A stretch of 64,000 nucleotides of DNA. Origin: Schizochytrium sp. TIO01 (lineage: Eukaryota > Protista > Bigyra: Labyrinthulomycetes). Position numbers and translations under genes: made by a program. The DNA lies in NCBI GenBank assembly GCA_004764695.1, contig SMSO01000034.1, forward strand, positions 4,092,001-4,156,000, in the 5' to 3' direction. The notes below the pieces were generated by a model. That model ran no database searches. It was not told the DNA's origin and was given only the letters and a program-made list of their open reading frames with translations. Shown in pieces: positions 11,564 through 22,919 of this stretch (position 1 is the stretch's first letter; each line of letters opens with the position of its first letter).

Positions 11564-12673
11564 ATGGCACGTCGAACTGGGCAAAAGAGACCTCGCAATG
11601 ACGATGCAAAGCCCAGTCCAGCGGTGAAGCAGCGGGAAAACTCGAGTTCTGAGGATTTAGAAGACAACAGTGCTGTCCCGGAGGCCAGCATTTCTGAAGA
11701 AGTGCAGACCAGGGACAACGAGCAGAACGGCCTTGCCCAAGGGCATCAAAACGAGGACGACGATGACGCAGCAGATGTAGACGGCGATGCCAAAAAAAAG
11801 CGTAGAAAAAAGAAAAAGAAGAAAGTAATCAAAGGCGTACCGTTGAGCGGCTGGAGACCTCTGACCTCGCAAAAGGAAGCGCGCAAAGTCACATCAAAGT
11901 TTCATGAGCTCACACGTGATCTTGAAAAGCTTGATGCCTCGACAGGTGAGCAAGTGAATCTCTCAAATAAACAACGGCAAGAAGAAAGGGTCAAGATCCA
12001 AGCTCAATTAAACGAATTGGGTGGCCGAGAACGCTATCAAGAAGCCTCTATCCTGCTCACCTCGCTTAACAAGAGCTCATCAAAATGGGTTTTTCAGAAT
12101 ATCACAAAACTCGGTATGAGACCATCCAAGGGGTCTAAGCCGTTGCAAGTTCTCGAAGTAGGAGCCATCAATACTCAATTGGTATCCTGCCCTTGGCTTG
12201 ATGTCCTTGCTATCGATATCAAGTCCAGACACCCTCTTATTAAAGAACTCGACTTCTTCAAGGTTCCCATCAAGCCTGCCGCTCGCTTTGATGTTATTTG
12301 CAATGCCATGGTCGTAAACTGCGTTCCAACTCCCGAGGCCCGAGGTGAAATGCTGGTGCGTTGTACTCGATTATTGAAAAAAAACGGTTTATTTTGCTTT
12401 GTCTTGCCACAGCGTTGCGTAGGACAGCCTTCGACAAGTGGGATGCTGAAAATCATGAAGCTTCTAGGCTTTGAGGTTTTCAACACCAGTGAAAGTCCAA
12501 AGATATCTTTTTTTGCTGGTCGAAAAATTATGGACTGTTGGCACGAAGGCGAATCAAACTCAGAGACGCTCACTAAATACCTCAATAAGGTTAATATGCG
12601 GGCACAAGATCCAGCCTTCGCTGTGACCTTTTCTGAAAAGGTCCTCGCAGAATGTTGCTGCTGCAAGAAATAG
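11564..12673 (+). CDS. BMT2: 25S rRNA adenine-N1 methyltransferase Bmt2-like
   Basis: LGGRERYQEAS, SSKWV, SAM-binding VLEVGA, AIDI...IKELDFF and VVNCVPTPEARGEML...FVLP match the Bmt2 family. Basic NLS KKKRRKKKKKK. Confidence 0.88.
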   Translation: MARRTGQKRPRNDDAKPSPAVKQRENSSSEDLEDNSAVPEASISEEVQTRDNEQNGLAQGHQNEDDDDAADVDGDAKKKRRKKKKKKVIKGVPLSGWRPLTSQKEARKVTSKFHELTRDLEKLDASTGEQVNLSNKQRQEERVKIQAQLNELGGRERYQEASILLTSLNKSSSKWVFQNITKLGMRPSKGSKPLQVLEVGAINTQLVSCPWLDVLAIDIKSRHPLIKELDFFKVPIKPAARFDVICNAMVVNCVPTPEARGEMLVRCTRLLKKNGLFCFVLPQRCVGQPSTSGMLKIMKLLGFEVFNTSESPKISFFAGRKIMDCWHEGESNSETLTKYLNKVNMRAQDPAFAVTFSEKVLAECCCCKK

Positions 12674-13032
12674 ATCTTTTAAAGCAGACCCATCTTCCTC
12701 AAACTAAAACCTTTCTGTAACATCATACCACCTATTAGAGATTTCAAAGTATTCTAATTGGAACTCCATTTCTAAACCCATATCTTACTTTTGTTTAGTT
12801 CATCCGATCTTGCTCTACCTTGGCCATAAGCGTTTTTCTTCTTTTGGTCGTTGAGAGGTTTGCAATATACTTCCTCTAGCATAAATCAGAGGGATTGCAT
12901 CGCCAGATTTTTAGTACAAAACAAAAGTATCATGGAGTACTTTTGCTATCAGAAACAAGTCTAAAGGACGCCATGTCGTAAGAAATATAAAGTGAAATCA
13001 TTCATACATTCATACAGATTTAATCGGCTTAC

Positions 13033-15378
13033 TTAGTTACCACCTCCTGAAACGAAGTCTTGACGCTGTTTCTCCAAAAGTTCATCGTAGGAAGCAAAAC
13101 GGCCCTCCATCTCTTCAATCTGAGCACGTAGAGCACGAATTGTTTCATCTTTTCGAGACAATGTAGTCCTGACGCGACGGTGGATCTCAGCTGTCTCTTC
13201 CTCAAATGCGGACCGCATCTCTGTTTCTGATTGTTTGCGTGCGGCAACTTCATGCGATAAATTTTCCTGTAGTGATTCGATCGTTGCCTGAAGCTCTGCC
13301 TGCCGACGAATGTAATTAGAATTACGATCAGCGTACTCACTACGCACCTTTTGTTCGCGCTCAGCAAGCAGATCATTTATTGAAGCGACCTTGCCATTTA
13401 ATTCAACAATCCGCCGTTCTCTCTGCTCTGCTTGATGTTCTAAATCTCTGACACGTGATTCAGCAGAACTGAAAGTTTGCTTCTCAGCTTGACGTGCATC
13501 CCGAAGATGCTCATACTTGGTTCTCCAATCTTGAGCTTCTTGTTTGGCTTCTTGTATTTGGGTCTTAGCCCGTGTCTCCGCCTGCCGAATACTATTTTGC
13601 TGCTCAACCTTTTTTTCCGCACTTTTACTCTCTTGCTCAGCGTAGAGTTTGCTAATAATTGCATCAATTTGTTTATCGCGTTGCGCTGTGAGCTTTTCAC
13701 GAATCTTCTTCTCGTCAGCCGCGGCCTTTTCCTCAAGCTTGCGCACAACTCGAGCTTGCCATTGCTCTTTCTCAATGGCCCACTTTTGCTCGAGGCCCTC
13801 AAGCTGAGTTTCCAGGCGTTGTTTCTCCACCTCAAGTTCACTCTCTCGCTGACGTGCAGAGTCAGCAATACGCTCACGAAGTGATGCTTGTGTCTCTTGG
13901 AGCTCGTTGCGATGACGTTTCCGCAAATCCTCAAATTCCCCCTCCAGTCGAGCGCGCTGTGCCTTGAGGTCCTCTTGGTGCCTTTCCTCCATTTGACGTA
14001 ATTTCGCCAGCATTGATGTACGCTCACTGCTACGTACTTCTTCAAGATCAGCTTCATGCCGAGATCGCAATTCTGCAAGAGCTCGTTCCTTTTCGCGCTC
14101 CTGAGCGTCGCGAATCGCTCGGACCTCGTCTTTAAATTTGTCCTCGATAATTCTTAGGTCGTCCTTATGTTTGGCGAGAATACTTTGGACCTCCGGCTCA
14201 AGACCTTTAATGGTGAGCTCCTTGAGCTCCCTGGTTTTTTCCTTTTGCCAGCGCTGGCGTTTGGCAGCATCTGCTGCGGCCATAGTCTCCTTGACTCGTG
14301 TCATCTCTCGACTATGCTGATCATCCATTTCCCTAACCTTACGTGCCATGTCTTCTTCACCTCGTTTGATTCGCGAAGCAAGTTCTTCAACCTTAGCAGC
14401 CAACTGCTTCTTATCAGCAAGAAGCTTATCAATAAAACCCAGGTGCCTAGCAACCGCTTGCTCATGTTCCTTTCGTTGTTCCTCCATCATCTGCTGCGAG
14501 TCGTTTGACGCTTTATGCATCGCCTCAGATTTTTCCCGACGCGAAGACTCCAAAGCGCGTTTCAAAGCGTCAATAGTTTTACGCTTGTCTTCAAGCTCCA
14601 GTTTTAACGAAGTATACCTAGACGAACGTTGGCTTGTGGATGTTGTCATACGAGAGGAGGAAGCTACTGAAGAGATTGCAGGAGAGTCAACCGCGAAGTG
14701 AGATCTTGTTTCACAATCGTCTTCCAGATGGCACGGCACACGACGTACGGAACTCAATGGCCCCTGTGTCATGTCAACTTGTTTTTGCTCACTATGCGTA
14801 CTTAACCCGGCAGAAGGCCCTGAGCGCCCACTTTGTGTACGCGATCTCGAGCTTGAAGCACTCCCAAGGCTGGGGTAACTTTTCATGTGATTCGAAATAG
14901 GGTGCATTGACAAGGGGGTAACACTATTATGATCGCTGTGCCGTTTATCTGGTGCTTCCCCAGATGAACAATCCTCAAGATCATCATAGTCATCGTCTTC
15001 GGCTTCCCAGTCATAGCGTTTCCCGTCTTTGTAACCTAATCTTGAAATAGTAGCATCTCTCTCTCCTGCAGCAGACTCAGCTGCTTCATCAAGGAAAGAA
15101 AGAAGCTCATCCTTGATTCCGTTTTCTGTTGCGCGAACTACCTTGGCAGGTTTCTCAGCAAACGCAATCCGGGGTCTTTCATTTAATCGCGAGCTTTGGT
15201 TTTCGTCATCTGCATCTGCAAATTTACTCTCACGCAGATTTGCGTCAAATGATTTGAAGCTCCTTGTGGACGAAGCCCCCCTTTGCTCATTTCCACCCCG
15301 TGGGGTACTTGCGAGACGCTCGCGATTAAGCTTGAGGGAATCTGTCAGGTTTTCCTTTCGCAGCTTACGAGAAACCAT
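13033..15378 (-). CDS. CEP131: Centrosomal protein CEP131 (AZI1)-like coiled-coil protein
   Basis: Conserved segments RHLGFIDKLLADKKQL, RQRWQKEKTRELKELTIKGLEPEVQSILAKHK, RDKQIDAIISKL and EIHRRVRTTLSRKDETI. Confidence 0.88.
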   Translation of the reverse strand: MVSRKLRKENLTDSLKLNRERLASTPRGGNEQRGASSTRSFKSFDANLRESKFADADDENQSSRLNERPRIAFAEKPAKVVRATENGIKDELLSFLDEAAESAAGERDATISRLGYKDGKRYDWEAEDDDYDDLEDCSSGEAPDKRHSDHNSVTPLSMHPISNHMKSYPSLGSASSSRSRTQSGRSGPSAGLSTHSEQKQVDMTQGPLSSVRRVPCHLEDDCETRSHFAVDSPAISSVASSSRMTTSTSQRSSRYTSLKLELEDKRKTIDALKRALESSRREKSEAMHKASNDSQQMMEEQRKEHEQAVARHLGFIDKLLADKKQLAAKVEELASRIKRGEEDMARKVREMDDQHSREMTRVKETMAAADAAKRQRWQKEKTRELKELTIKGLEPEVQSILAKHKDDLRIIEDKFKDEVRAIRDAQEREKERALAELRSRHEADLEEVRSSERTSMLAKLRQMEERHQEDLKAQRARLEGEFEDLRKRHRNELQETQASLRERIADSARQRESELEVEKQRLETQLEGLEQKWAIEKEQWQARVVRKLEEKAAADEKKIREKLTAQRDKQIDAIISKLYAEQESKSAEKKVEQQNSIRQAETRAKTQIQEAKQEAQDWRTKYEHLRDARQAEKQTFSSAESRVRDLEHQAEQRERRIVELNGKVASINDLLAEREQKVRSEYADRNSNYIRRQAELQATIESLQENLSHEVAARKQSETEMRSAFEEETAEIHRRVRTTLSRKDETIRALRAQIEEMEGRFASYDELLEKQRQDFVSGGGN

Positions 15379-15502
15379 CTGTGAACGCGCAGAATTGTTG
15401 GCTTACTTAATCCAGAAGAAATAGAACACAGTCACTACTGTGCCCTTGAGAGTTAGCCCTGGCAGTTTCCCTGCTTGGCTGACTTGCAGGGCCTGCACTT
15501 AC
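15379..15502 (-). other. Putative 5'-UTR intron abutting the CEP131 ATG
   Basis: Minus-strand donor GTAAGT at 15502 and acceptor TTCACAG immediately before the ATG at 15378. Confidence 0.5.
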
Positions 15503-16215
15503 AACAACCAGAAGCCAGCAGGAAAGCTGTCGTGTCCGTTCACGCTTTGGTCTCTCCCAGGCCTGACTGGGCCTACACAAACTCTGTAAAGCAACCTCTC
15601 TCTAGCACTGCAATATGAGCCCTCCTCTCCTCTTCATGTACTATTGTTTATAATACCTCCGAATGTAACGCAATTTGTTATTCTATATCTATGCATTACT
15701 AGCGCTCAAATACCTTTACACCTTTCAGAGCATACTCTCAACACAGAAATTCAATGCTCTCCTGACATACCCGCCCCTTGAATTCGAAGAAACATTACAT
15801 TCCTAGTCAACAATCGAGCAATGTCCTTAGCCAATAACGGGATCCCAGCTTTGCTTCAAGTTACGAAGCAACCCATCCAGGGGCTTGTGTAATCATGGCT
15901 CCCGCTGTCCACAAAGCTCGACTCCTCGTCAACGGTCATTTCCAGAAACCACAATTTGGACAATTTGAACAACGCTTTATTATTTCATAATGAGTTGCGG
16001 AACGTTCCAAGAACTATTTAACTACCGCTCACGCTATCCCCTTGGTTTATGATTGAGACGCCCTACTCATACCAATCTCAAGATTGATCGTCAACCAGCT
16101 TTGACTCTTTCGCGCTTAGAAGCGGACGTTCTGCTTGTCTACAAACGATTGATGAGGCGTGAGGTGTAGCTAATAGGTCCTTCTTCAGCAAAACGCAGTT
16201 TCTCTGTTCGACGCA

Positions 16216-18510
16216 ATGAAGCGTTCAAGGCGGAGGTCTGCGGAGGAGAGCGACTATGGAGAGGAAGATGACGAAAGTTTTCTCAGTGAATACGTTAGTG
16301 AGGATGATGACGTCCAGCACAAATCACCACGCTCTTCAGGATGGGCTCCTAGTGTTGATGAAAAGGCGCAGCTTGTCTACTGGCTTCGGGATCTTGGCGA
16401 GTTCGTGCCCGCCACAGACTGGGATGTGGATGCTGTGGCCCGTTATTTAGCCATTCGCATCGTAGATATGCACACGAGAAAGGACGATTTCCGGCCTAAG
16501 CAGGGAGTTCTGATGCGATTATTTAGAAATGTCATCCAATTAGACGAGCACGAAGCTGCATTATTGCTCAGAAACTGGGTTGCCAAGGTCCTCCAAATTG
16601 ATAAACGGACGCTCAATAATGAGCTTGGGGCAGTACCGAATCCGAAGCGTATATACGCATACTCCCGAGTAGGCAAAACCCCTGAGGAGCGTGTGAAACA
16701 GCTCGAAGCTGCTATTGCATTCACGCCATCAAGAGTTCAGAAACAGTTAGCTCGCACAAAAGAATGGTTTCAGTTACTCGACACATATATTCGAAGCGGG
16801 GACACAAGTTTACTTGATTTTTTACTGAAGCACCACCCAACGATTTGGGTTGAACTTGTCCTTGTCTTTGGCGCTGAACGTTGCGAAGACAAAGAGAAGG
16901 AATCTTTACATACAAATCTAGAGGCCAGATCGCAAATACAAATATCCACATCTGGCGATAAAGATGCGAAAGAGATAAAGCTTGATGAAGGGGAGCACCG
17001 AGATACAGCAAATAGCAAAAACGATTACGGGCCTACTTATGCGGACTCTGGCAATTTTGCCAAAGAGGAAGGTGATCAAGTTGGTAATGACAAGGTAAAC
17101 TCTGTGGATTTGAAATTAGTCAAGGTGCTAGAGACCTGCCATCCTCGCGCACGTCCAGGTCAGGGGATTCTTCCTGAAGACGCCGAAAGCCGCTTTCAAC
17201 AAGGTTTGTGGAGCAGCTTACCTGAGGATATTGAGGCAGTTTCACAATTTCTTCAGGATTATGATGAGACAAAGCTGTTATTTCAAGGCCCACGTGAAGC
17301 AAACACAGACAGCCTTGAAACAGATATAGCAGCATTGCATCCTTGCACTTTCCAGGTTCTTGAAGGTGATTTCAGCTTTATTCCAAACGAGTGGGCGCTT
17401 TTAGAAAGTGGGTTCACCTCTCCTATATTGCCGCCTATCGTCCACTGGCAACGTCTCTCAATGGGATTCACACCGTCACAAGGATGGTGGACAGCTAAAG
17501 CCCAGCAAGTCAGTGCAGCGCTTTCACAGTTGGATGCGCTGGACATTGGTCAACCACATTTAGCTCTCTTGCGATTTGATCGAATCGAATGGCTTTACGC
17601 CGTACTATTTAGCGACGAAGCACTCGGTAAAGAAGCCCTAGCCCAAGACTACTGCCGTCGTGCTGTAAGCAAACAACATTTAATTATTATGTCGAGTTTG
17701 CTTCGTGCAGATGAAGTAGAGCCCCTCTTTATCAAGGCTTTGCGTTTGCGTGTGCCATTAACCCGTGTGTTTCCAGGCGGGAAGAAACCTCGGTTATTTG
17801 GCGTGCTCTTTAGTTTGGCAGAAAAAATAGTTCACAATCTTGTCCAGGGCAACAAAAAGCTATCAGTAATGGCCTATCCCCTCACAGCAGCCGTAGCGCG
17901 TTTGCTTGATCAGGGAGATACTATTACAAAAACAAATATATCGGAATTGGCGGAAAGCTTGGCACGGTCAATACGTAATAGAATTCGTAAAATCCGCGAT
18001 CGTGCGCTAGTTGAATCCATAGAAGAAAGAGTTGCACGAGTTGTAGATTGGGCGGAACCAACGGCTGATCCGACGTTTAAGTACTTCACAGAGGGTCACC
18101 TTAATAAGGACAAACTCGTTGAGTTTCTACTTTCACAAGATCGTGATTTGCATCTTCCCAAGGGAACTCAAAATTGCAAAACAGTGTCATCAGCCCGAAA
18201 GACTCGAACTAGAGCGTCACGTCAAGCTGACACCAATTCTGAAAATCAAGCAGACGACTTCAGCATCCCGGCCATCTGGGCGGGTCTTGAAGCCATAGAG
18301 TCTTCCGAAGATTTACAGCCACAGAGTGAAATCACAGGGATTGCGCTCACAGACCATTTCCGAGTTCTCGAGATAGTCCAGCCATTGCGTAACGAAGGTA
18401 TGCCTTCAGAAAAATCCATCACGTATCGTAAGTATCCGTCTTTCGTCCAACACCGCGACTGCCTTGTTCTCGAGGAAATCAAACACCTGGAGTCAATGCT
18501 GGGCGCTTGA
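16216..18510 (+). CDS. Hypothetical protein, 764 aa (no recognised domain)
   Basis: Long uninterrupted ORF with ATG, basic/acidic N-terminus, divergent from CEP131. Confidence 0.8.
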   Translation: MKRSRRRSAEESDYGEEDDESFLSEYVSEDDDVQHKSPRSSGWAPSVDEKAQLVYWLRDLGEFVPATDWDVDAVARYLAIRIVDMHTRKDDFRPKQGVLMRLFRNVIQLDEHEAALLLRNWVAKVLQIDKRTLNNELGAVPNPKRIYAYSRVGKTPEERVKQLEAAIAFTPSRVQKQLARTKEWFQLLDTYIRSGDTSLLDFLLKHHPTIWVELVLVFGAERCEDKEKESLHTNLEARSQIQISTSGDKDAKEIKLDEGEHRDTANSKNDYGPTYADSGNFAKEEGDQVGNDKVNSVDLKLVKVLETCHPRARPGQGILPEDAESRFQQGLWSSLPEDIEAVSQFLQDYDETKLLFQGPREANTDSLETDIAALHPCTFQVLEGDFSFIPNEWALLESGFTSPILPPIVHWQRLSMGFTPSQGWWTAKAQQVSAALSQLDALDIGQPHLALLRFDRIEWLYAVLFSDEALGKEALAQDYCRRAVSKQHLIIMSSLLRADEVEPLFIKALRLRVPLTRVFPGGKKPRLFGVLFSLAEKIVHNLVQGNKKLSVMAYPLTAAVARLLDQGDTITKTNISELAESLARSIRNRIRKIRDRALVESIEERVARVVDWAEPTADPTFKYFTEGHLNKDKLVEFLLSQDRDLHLPKGTQNCKTVSSARKTRTRASRQADTNSENQADDFSIPAIWAGLEAIESSEDLQPQSEITGIALTDHFRVLEIVQPLRNEGMPSEKSITYRKYPSFVQHRDCLVLEEIKHLESMLGA

Positions 18511-19334
18511 ATGAATTACCACAAACAATCCCTTCCCAATAATATATGTTTGTAATTTGAAAGGAAACTGTATTTCTCATCTTTTTTAATGATGGTTTTT
18601 TAATATCATTATCAGAGCTAGCTTCTTGAAAATATAACTTCAAACTTGCAGATGCTGAATTTAAATTAACGAACACATTGGATACTTGCAAAAGGAGCGG
18701 TTGGTACTTCAGAATAAGTTTTTTATCCGAATATCCGTAATTGTGCCTTCAATTTTTTTATATTTTAAGTTAAAAGAGGATAAAGCAAAACACGGGCTTT
18801 GGTACCACCGCTCTGATTTAGGCTATTCTTAACAACAATTATGATCGTTGTTCACTCTGCTGGTAAATGTTTATAAATACTCTGGCAGAGTGGGGGGGGG
18901 GGATATAGTACAAATGAAATCACGAGATATCTCAGTAAGGGAGATGCTTCTACTCTTCGAATCAATATATTTTCCATGTTAATATCGTAACTTTGTTTGG
19001 TACCTCCTTCTTTTCTCAGTTTATATATATGTGTTGTTCATATATACGAGCATCTATACGTACCAATCACGTATACAAACCGCTGCAGAAACTCTAAAAA
19101 GGAAAGTACAGTTGCGTACCTACTATCATTGTCTCTAATTGACAACGCAATAGCGGGCAACAATAAGATTAAACACCTTGCATTATTTGCGTGAATACAA
19201 CTTTAGCAATCTCAAGGTTGTGGTTCTGGGTTCTCTATGTTTGTATTTTTCTATTTTCTTTTTCTTATTTTTGGGGGGCGGGAGGGGCGATGTGCAGAGT
19301 GAAGTGAGGAAGAGATGGGTCAATCATCTCTCCT

Positions 19335-22300
19335 CTAAGGTGCAATATAGTTGCCAGCACCAGGACATACCCCCCGATGACGAATCCACCCCGTCAATTG
19401 ACATAGACGGGAGCAATAAAAATCAGGAGAGTCACAATGAGGACATGAACGAAGTTCCTCCCGTGCACCACATACAACACACTGAAGAGGAGGGTGGCCC
19501 TCCAAGGCGCAAAGGATGTCACTCCGATGCATTTGGAGGTCGCACTCGGTAGGGTCTAACAAAAAGTCACCCTTCAAGGAGAAGTGCGCGAGGTCACGAT
19601 CCTGATACGCGCGACTGTATAGGGTGCCGTGCTGTCGCACGTGGTCTCCGGGAAACCAATAATTGTTTACACCACGGTCAAGGCGCATCACGCCCTGAGC
19701 CCGGACAAATTCAATACCATCATCCCGAAAATTCGCGTTGAGGAAAGAAATGAAATCGTAGAGACAATTGAAGTTCTCATTTGGGGAACATCCCCAACCA
19801 TCTAGAAGCTGGCAGGTGTCAGTGAAAGGGCGTTCTCCAGCTGAGCCACCAATTGCACAAAGTTCACCAGTAACCAGCCAGTGGTTTGCTAAATCGTGCA
19901 CCATTTCAAAGGTTTCTCCAACTTCGCCTTTATGAAATAATTGACCCATAGTGACGGTCTCAGCGTCAATAAGAGCACCGCCATAGAAGAGCGGGACGCA
20001 AATGAGATCATTGTATTTGGCAATATCCTCGGAGCTCTGGCCTGCCATACCAATATAGGGTCCGTCCTTGGTCCAACCAGGGTAGCTTGTGGGAAGATAC
20101 GCATAGGCAAACTTATCTCGCAGCCATCCCATGGCTGGGTTGAGAACTTTGCGGTCAAAATCAGAGACTTTCATATTCGCAGGGACAGTAACTTCGCGCC
20201 AGATGGTGGGGCGAAGATATGTAAGCTTGACTCGAATGGTTAAAATCTCGTCCACAAGTTGATGTTTACAAACTGACTCGAGAAGTCTCTGACCAACAAT
20301 AACACGCTTCTTACCTTCATCCATTAGGTCTTGACAAGCGCGCACGAATGACACAGGTGGTATGCCACCACTCGAAATGCCCTCCTTCAGACGTTTCGCT
20401 TCAATGGCTTCTGTGATCGAGTCCGCCAGTTCCTTTGCCTCAGGTCTAATAAGAGCAACCGTGTGATCGTCTTCAGCATGAGTTACTCGTTGGGACCATA
20501 TTTCCCAAAAGGCTTCGTTCGTGAAAAATACGGCAGGAAGAAGCTCTAGTCCTTCCTCAGACAGATACATCGGATAGTTAAATAAACTACGAATGCGATC
20601 AACCATTTTGCTTGTAAACGGACCTCGGTATCCAGCTGACCTCAGGTCATCGGGTCCAAATGCCATTACAACACGTAACATTGCTTCAATTCGTTCGCCA
20701 TCCCTCCGTTCTGTTGCACATGCCAGGGATGAAGCGTTTTCAATGCCCATCATAAGTACATCGTCAACGTTAGGCGGCAAAAGAGGTGTGTTTACCAGAG
20801 CGTAAATACCACCCATTTCGCTGGCAGTTTTTTCGAAGACCAGGCCATTAACCTCATTTGCAATGAGCTGAATGTCAATACGTGGAATCCGTAGGTATCC
20901 AACAGCACTCATAGGTATTTTATCTTGTTGAGGGGGGTTTCGAAGAAGTCGCTGGCCTTCCTCTTCAGAAATACTAAGGTCAGGTTCAAAGCCAAATTCT
21001 GTCTGACGCATAGGCGCATCCCCGAAGACGTCTCCAGATACAGAGAACTGCATGCCTCCACCCAAAACGATTCGACCATCAGGAATCTGTCCTGCCCAAT
21101 AGTTGCAACACAAGTCAAGGTCAACGCCGCAACCGCATGTTCTAAGCCGTACCCAGACCATCGTTTCGGGGTCAAATTGGAACATTTCACTCCAAGCCCA
21201 AAGTCTTCGGTCTACTGTAGTCAGCATTTCGCCTGGTGTAGGCGGAACACAAATGCCGTTTGCACCTCCTATAACAAGAATTTTTTCTTTCCTTAAACCT
21301 TTGTGGTCTTTATAGTCCATGATCTTCCCCTCAGCAGCACCAGCGATGCTTTCGTCATATGTCACCATTGTGTGGTAAAATACACCAGAAGGTGGTGTTC
21401 CTACAACGGGGATGCGATGCCATGAGCGTGTAATAAAGTCAAAAACCTCCATGATGTCCAGAACATTGTCTTCGCCTGCGGTGTTTGCTCCTCCATGGAT
21501 AAACAGTCGGTCATTGGCGACGCAGCAACCTGGGAAAAGACGTGGTGTGGGCCTATCAATCATATATCCAAGAATGTCGCCTGTTTTACGCCTTGTTAGG
21601 TTGCGATGCCTTTTTGTTAAGCTATACCAAGTAGGAGATTGGTTTCCTTCTGGTGCTGAGTTCTTCTTCGTTGCTGAGTTTGTTGCTGAGTTTATGGTTT
21701 GTGATTCTCCTGCAGCACTTGGGTTAGGCCTCGATCGAGAAGTGCTTGCGCAAACCTCGTGGCCAGGCAAGTTGCGACATTCGTAAAGCGCAAATGGCAT
21801 GTCTGTCTCGCTCCGTGGTACGCCGCCAAAGAGGTATAATCTCCCATTATGACTCGCAAGCACGTGAGCTGCCCTGGGTCCTGGTCCATCGCCCTTCGGC
21901 ACAATCTTTTCCCATCTGAACACAAAATCGTTCAATAGACTTTGTTCTGGCGAGGGCAATTTCAGACTCCACAGGTCCTCTAAAAATTGTGGCTTCTTGC
22001 TCGTGCTAGCCAGTCCTCCATGAATATACAGCCTGTCGCCTAGTTTCGTTGACGCCGCGCAGTATCTCTGCGGCGGAGGGTTTTCCACTCTATACCGCGC
22101 CCAGATATTCTTGTGGCAATCAAAGACCCAGATATGGTCCGATTCTGTTAAGATTGGTTTTGCTGCATTGACTCTTTCTAGAGCGGGTCTCCATTTAGGA
22201 TCTACATTTTTCGTAACCTGTTGCAATCTTGGAGCACCTCCAGAACCAAACCCTTGCGGCATCCCCAATCCTGGACCGCCGTGCCCGTGGCTCTGAGATG

Positions 22301-22919
22301 ATATCGAGTTATTCATAGCAGACGACCCTCCAGAATGACCAAAGCCTGCTGCTGCTGCGGCTTCTAGGCGCTGGATGTCATGTTTAACACCAGGTCCAAA
22401 TCGAGTTCCAAGGCACACGAATACTCTATGACCGTGGAGTGCCCAACAATGGTCTCCGGTGATGGGCGGCCTGCTACCTCGCTCAAGGTCAGCGTGAACA
22501 TCCAGAAGAGCCCTCGGGCTTGCGTTAAGCGCGTCCCAGCTCGCATTAAGCGCATCCTGACGCTGAGCAACGTAGTCGTCGCGGAGGAACTTGGACCTTG
22601 CGAGGTCAGAGCTCCTCGAGTATACTTCACGCACAGCTGCCTCTGCTCGAGGACGCATCCGGCGCTGTAGACCCACGCGGACCTCATCTAATAGATCCTC
22701 CTCTGACATTCCGGCGCATGACGGAAGCACCATTGGAGTTGAAGCAGGTGGCTTCGGAGGCGAAGTCGAAAGTAATGCTTTTGAAGTTGAAACCGGTTTG
22801 GAAACTGATGACAGAGTACGAACAGAGCCAGAGACCGAGTCAGGGTGAGCGGGATCGGGAGAGGAGGTAGTTCCATTGTTTTGGCGCTGGGCAGACCTGC
22901 GCAAGGAGGGCGACGACAT
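19335..22919 (-). CDS. Kelch-repeat protein with pRiA4b-ORF3-like domain and C-terminal MYND zinc finger
   Basis: Kelch blades (RLYIHGG, GPGPRAAH..RLYLFGG, RLFIHGG, ILVIGG). IRVKLTYLRPTIWREVTVP...AMGW and HDLANHW...LLDGWGCSPNE resemble the pRiA4b ORF3 family. CVVC..CPHC..YCSRLCQLTGWIRHRGVC is a MYND finger. Likely ATG 22919; the ORF extends to 23174. Confidence 0.85.
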   Translation of the reverse strand: MSSPSLRRSAQRQNNGTTSSPDPAHPDSVSGSVRTLSSVSKPVSTSKALLSTSPPKPPASTPMVLPSCAGMSEEDLLDEVRVGLQRRMRPRAEAAVREVYSRSSDLARSKFLRDDYVAQRQDALNASWDALNASPRALLDVHADLERGSRPPITGDHCWALHGHRVFVCLGTRFGPGVKHDIQRLEAAAAAGFGHSGGSSAMNNSISSQSHGHGGPGLGMPQGFGSGGAPRLQQVTKNVDPKWRPALERVNAAKPILTESDHIWVFDCHKNIWARYRVENPPPQRYCAASTKLGDRLYIHGGLASTSKKPQFLEDLWSLKLPSPEQSLLNDFVFRWEKIVPKGDGPGPRAAHVLASHNGRLYLFGGVPRSETDMPFALYECRNLPGHEVCASTSRSRPNPSAAGESQTINSATNSATKKNSAPEGNQSPTWYSLTKRHRNLTRRKTGDILGYMIDRPTPRLFPGCCVANDRLFIHGGANTAGEDNVLDIMEVFDFITRSWHRIPVVGTPPSGVFYHTMVTYDESIAGAAEGKIMDYKDHKGLRKEKILVIGGANGICVPPTPGEMLTTVDRRLWAWSEMFQFDPETMVWVRLRTCGCGVDLDLCCNYWAGQIPDGRIVLGGGMQFSVSGDVFGDAPMRQTEFGFEPDLSISEEEGQRLLRNPPQQDKIPMSAVGYLRIPRIDIQLIANEVNGLVFEKTASEMGGIYALVNTPLLPPNVDDVLMMGIENASSLACATERRDGERIEAMLRVVMAFGPDDLRSAGYRGPFTSKMVDRIRSLFNYPMYLSEEGLELLPAVFFTNEAFWEIWSQRVTHAEDDHTVALIRPEAKELADSITEAIEAKRLKEGISSGGIPPVSFVRACQDLMDEGKKRVIVGQRLLESVCKHQLVDEILTIRVKLTYLRPTIWREVTVPANMKVSDFDRKVLNPAMGWLRDKFAYAYLPTSYPGWTKDGPYIGMAGQSSEDIAKYNDLICVPLFYGGALIDAETVTMGQLFHKGEVGETFEMVHDLANHWLVTGELCAIGGSAGERPFTDTCQLLDGWGCSPNENFNCLYDFISFLNANFRDDGIEFVRAQGVMRLDRGVNNYWFPGDHVRQHGTLYSRAYQDRDLAHFSLKGDFLLDPTECDLQMHRSDILCALEGHPPLQCVVCGAREELRSCPHCDSPDFYCSRLCQLTGWIRHRGVCPGAGNYIAP

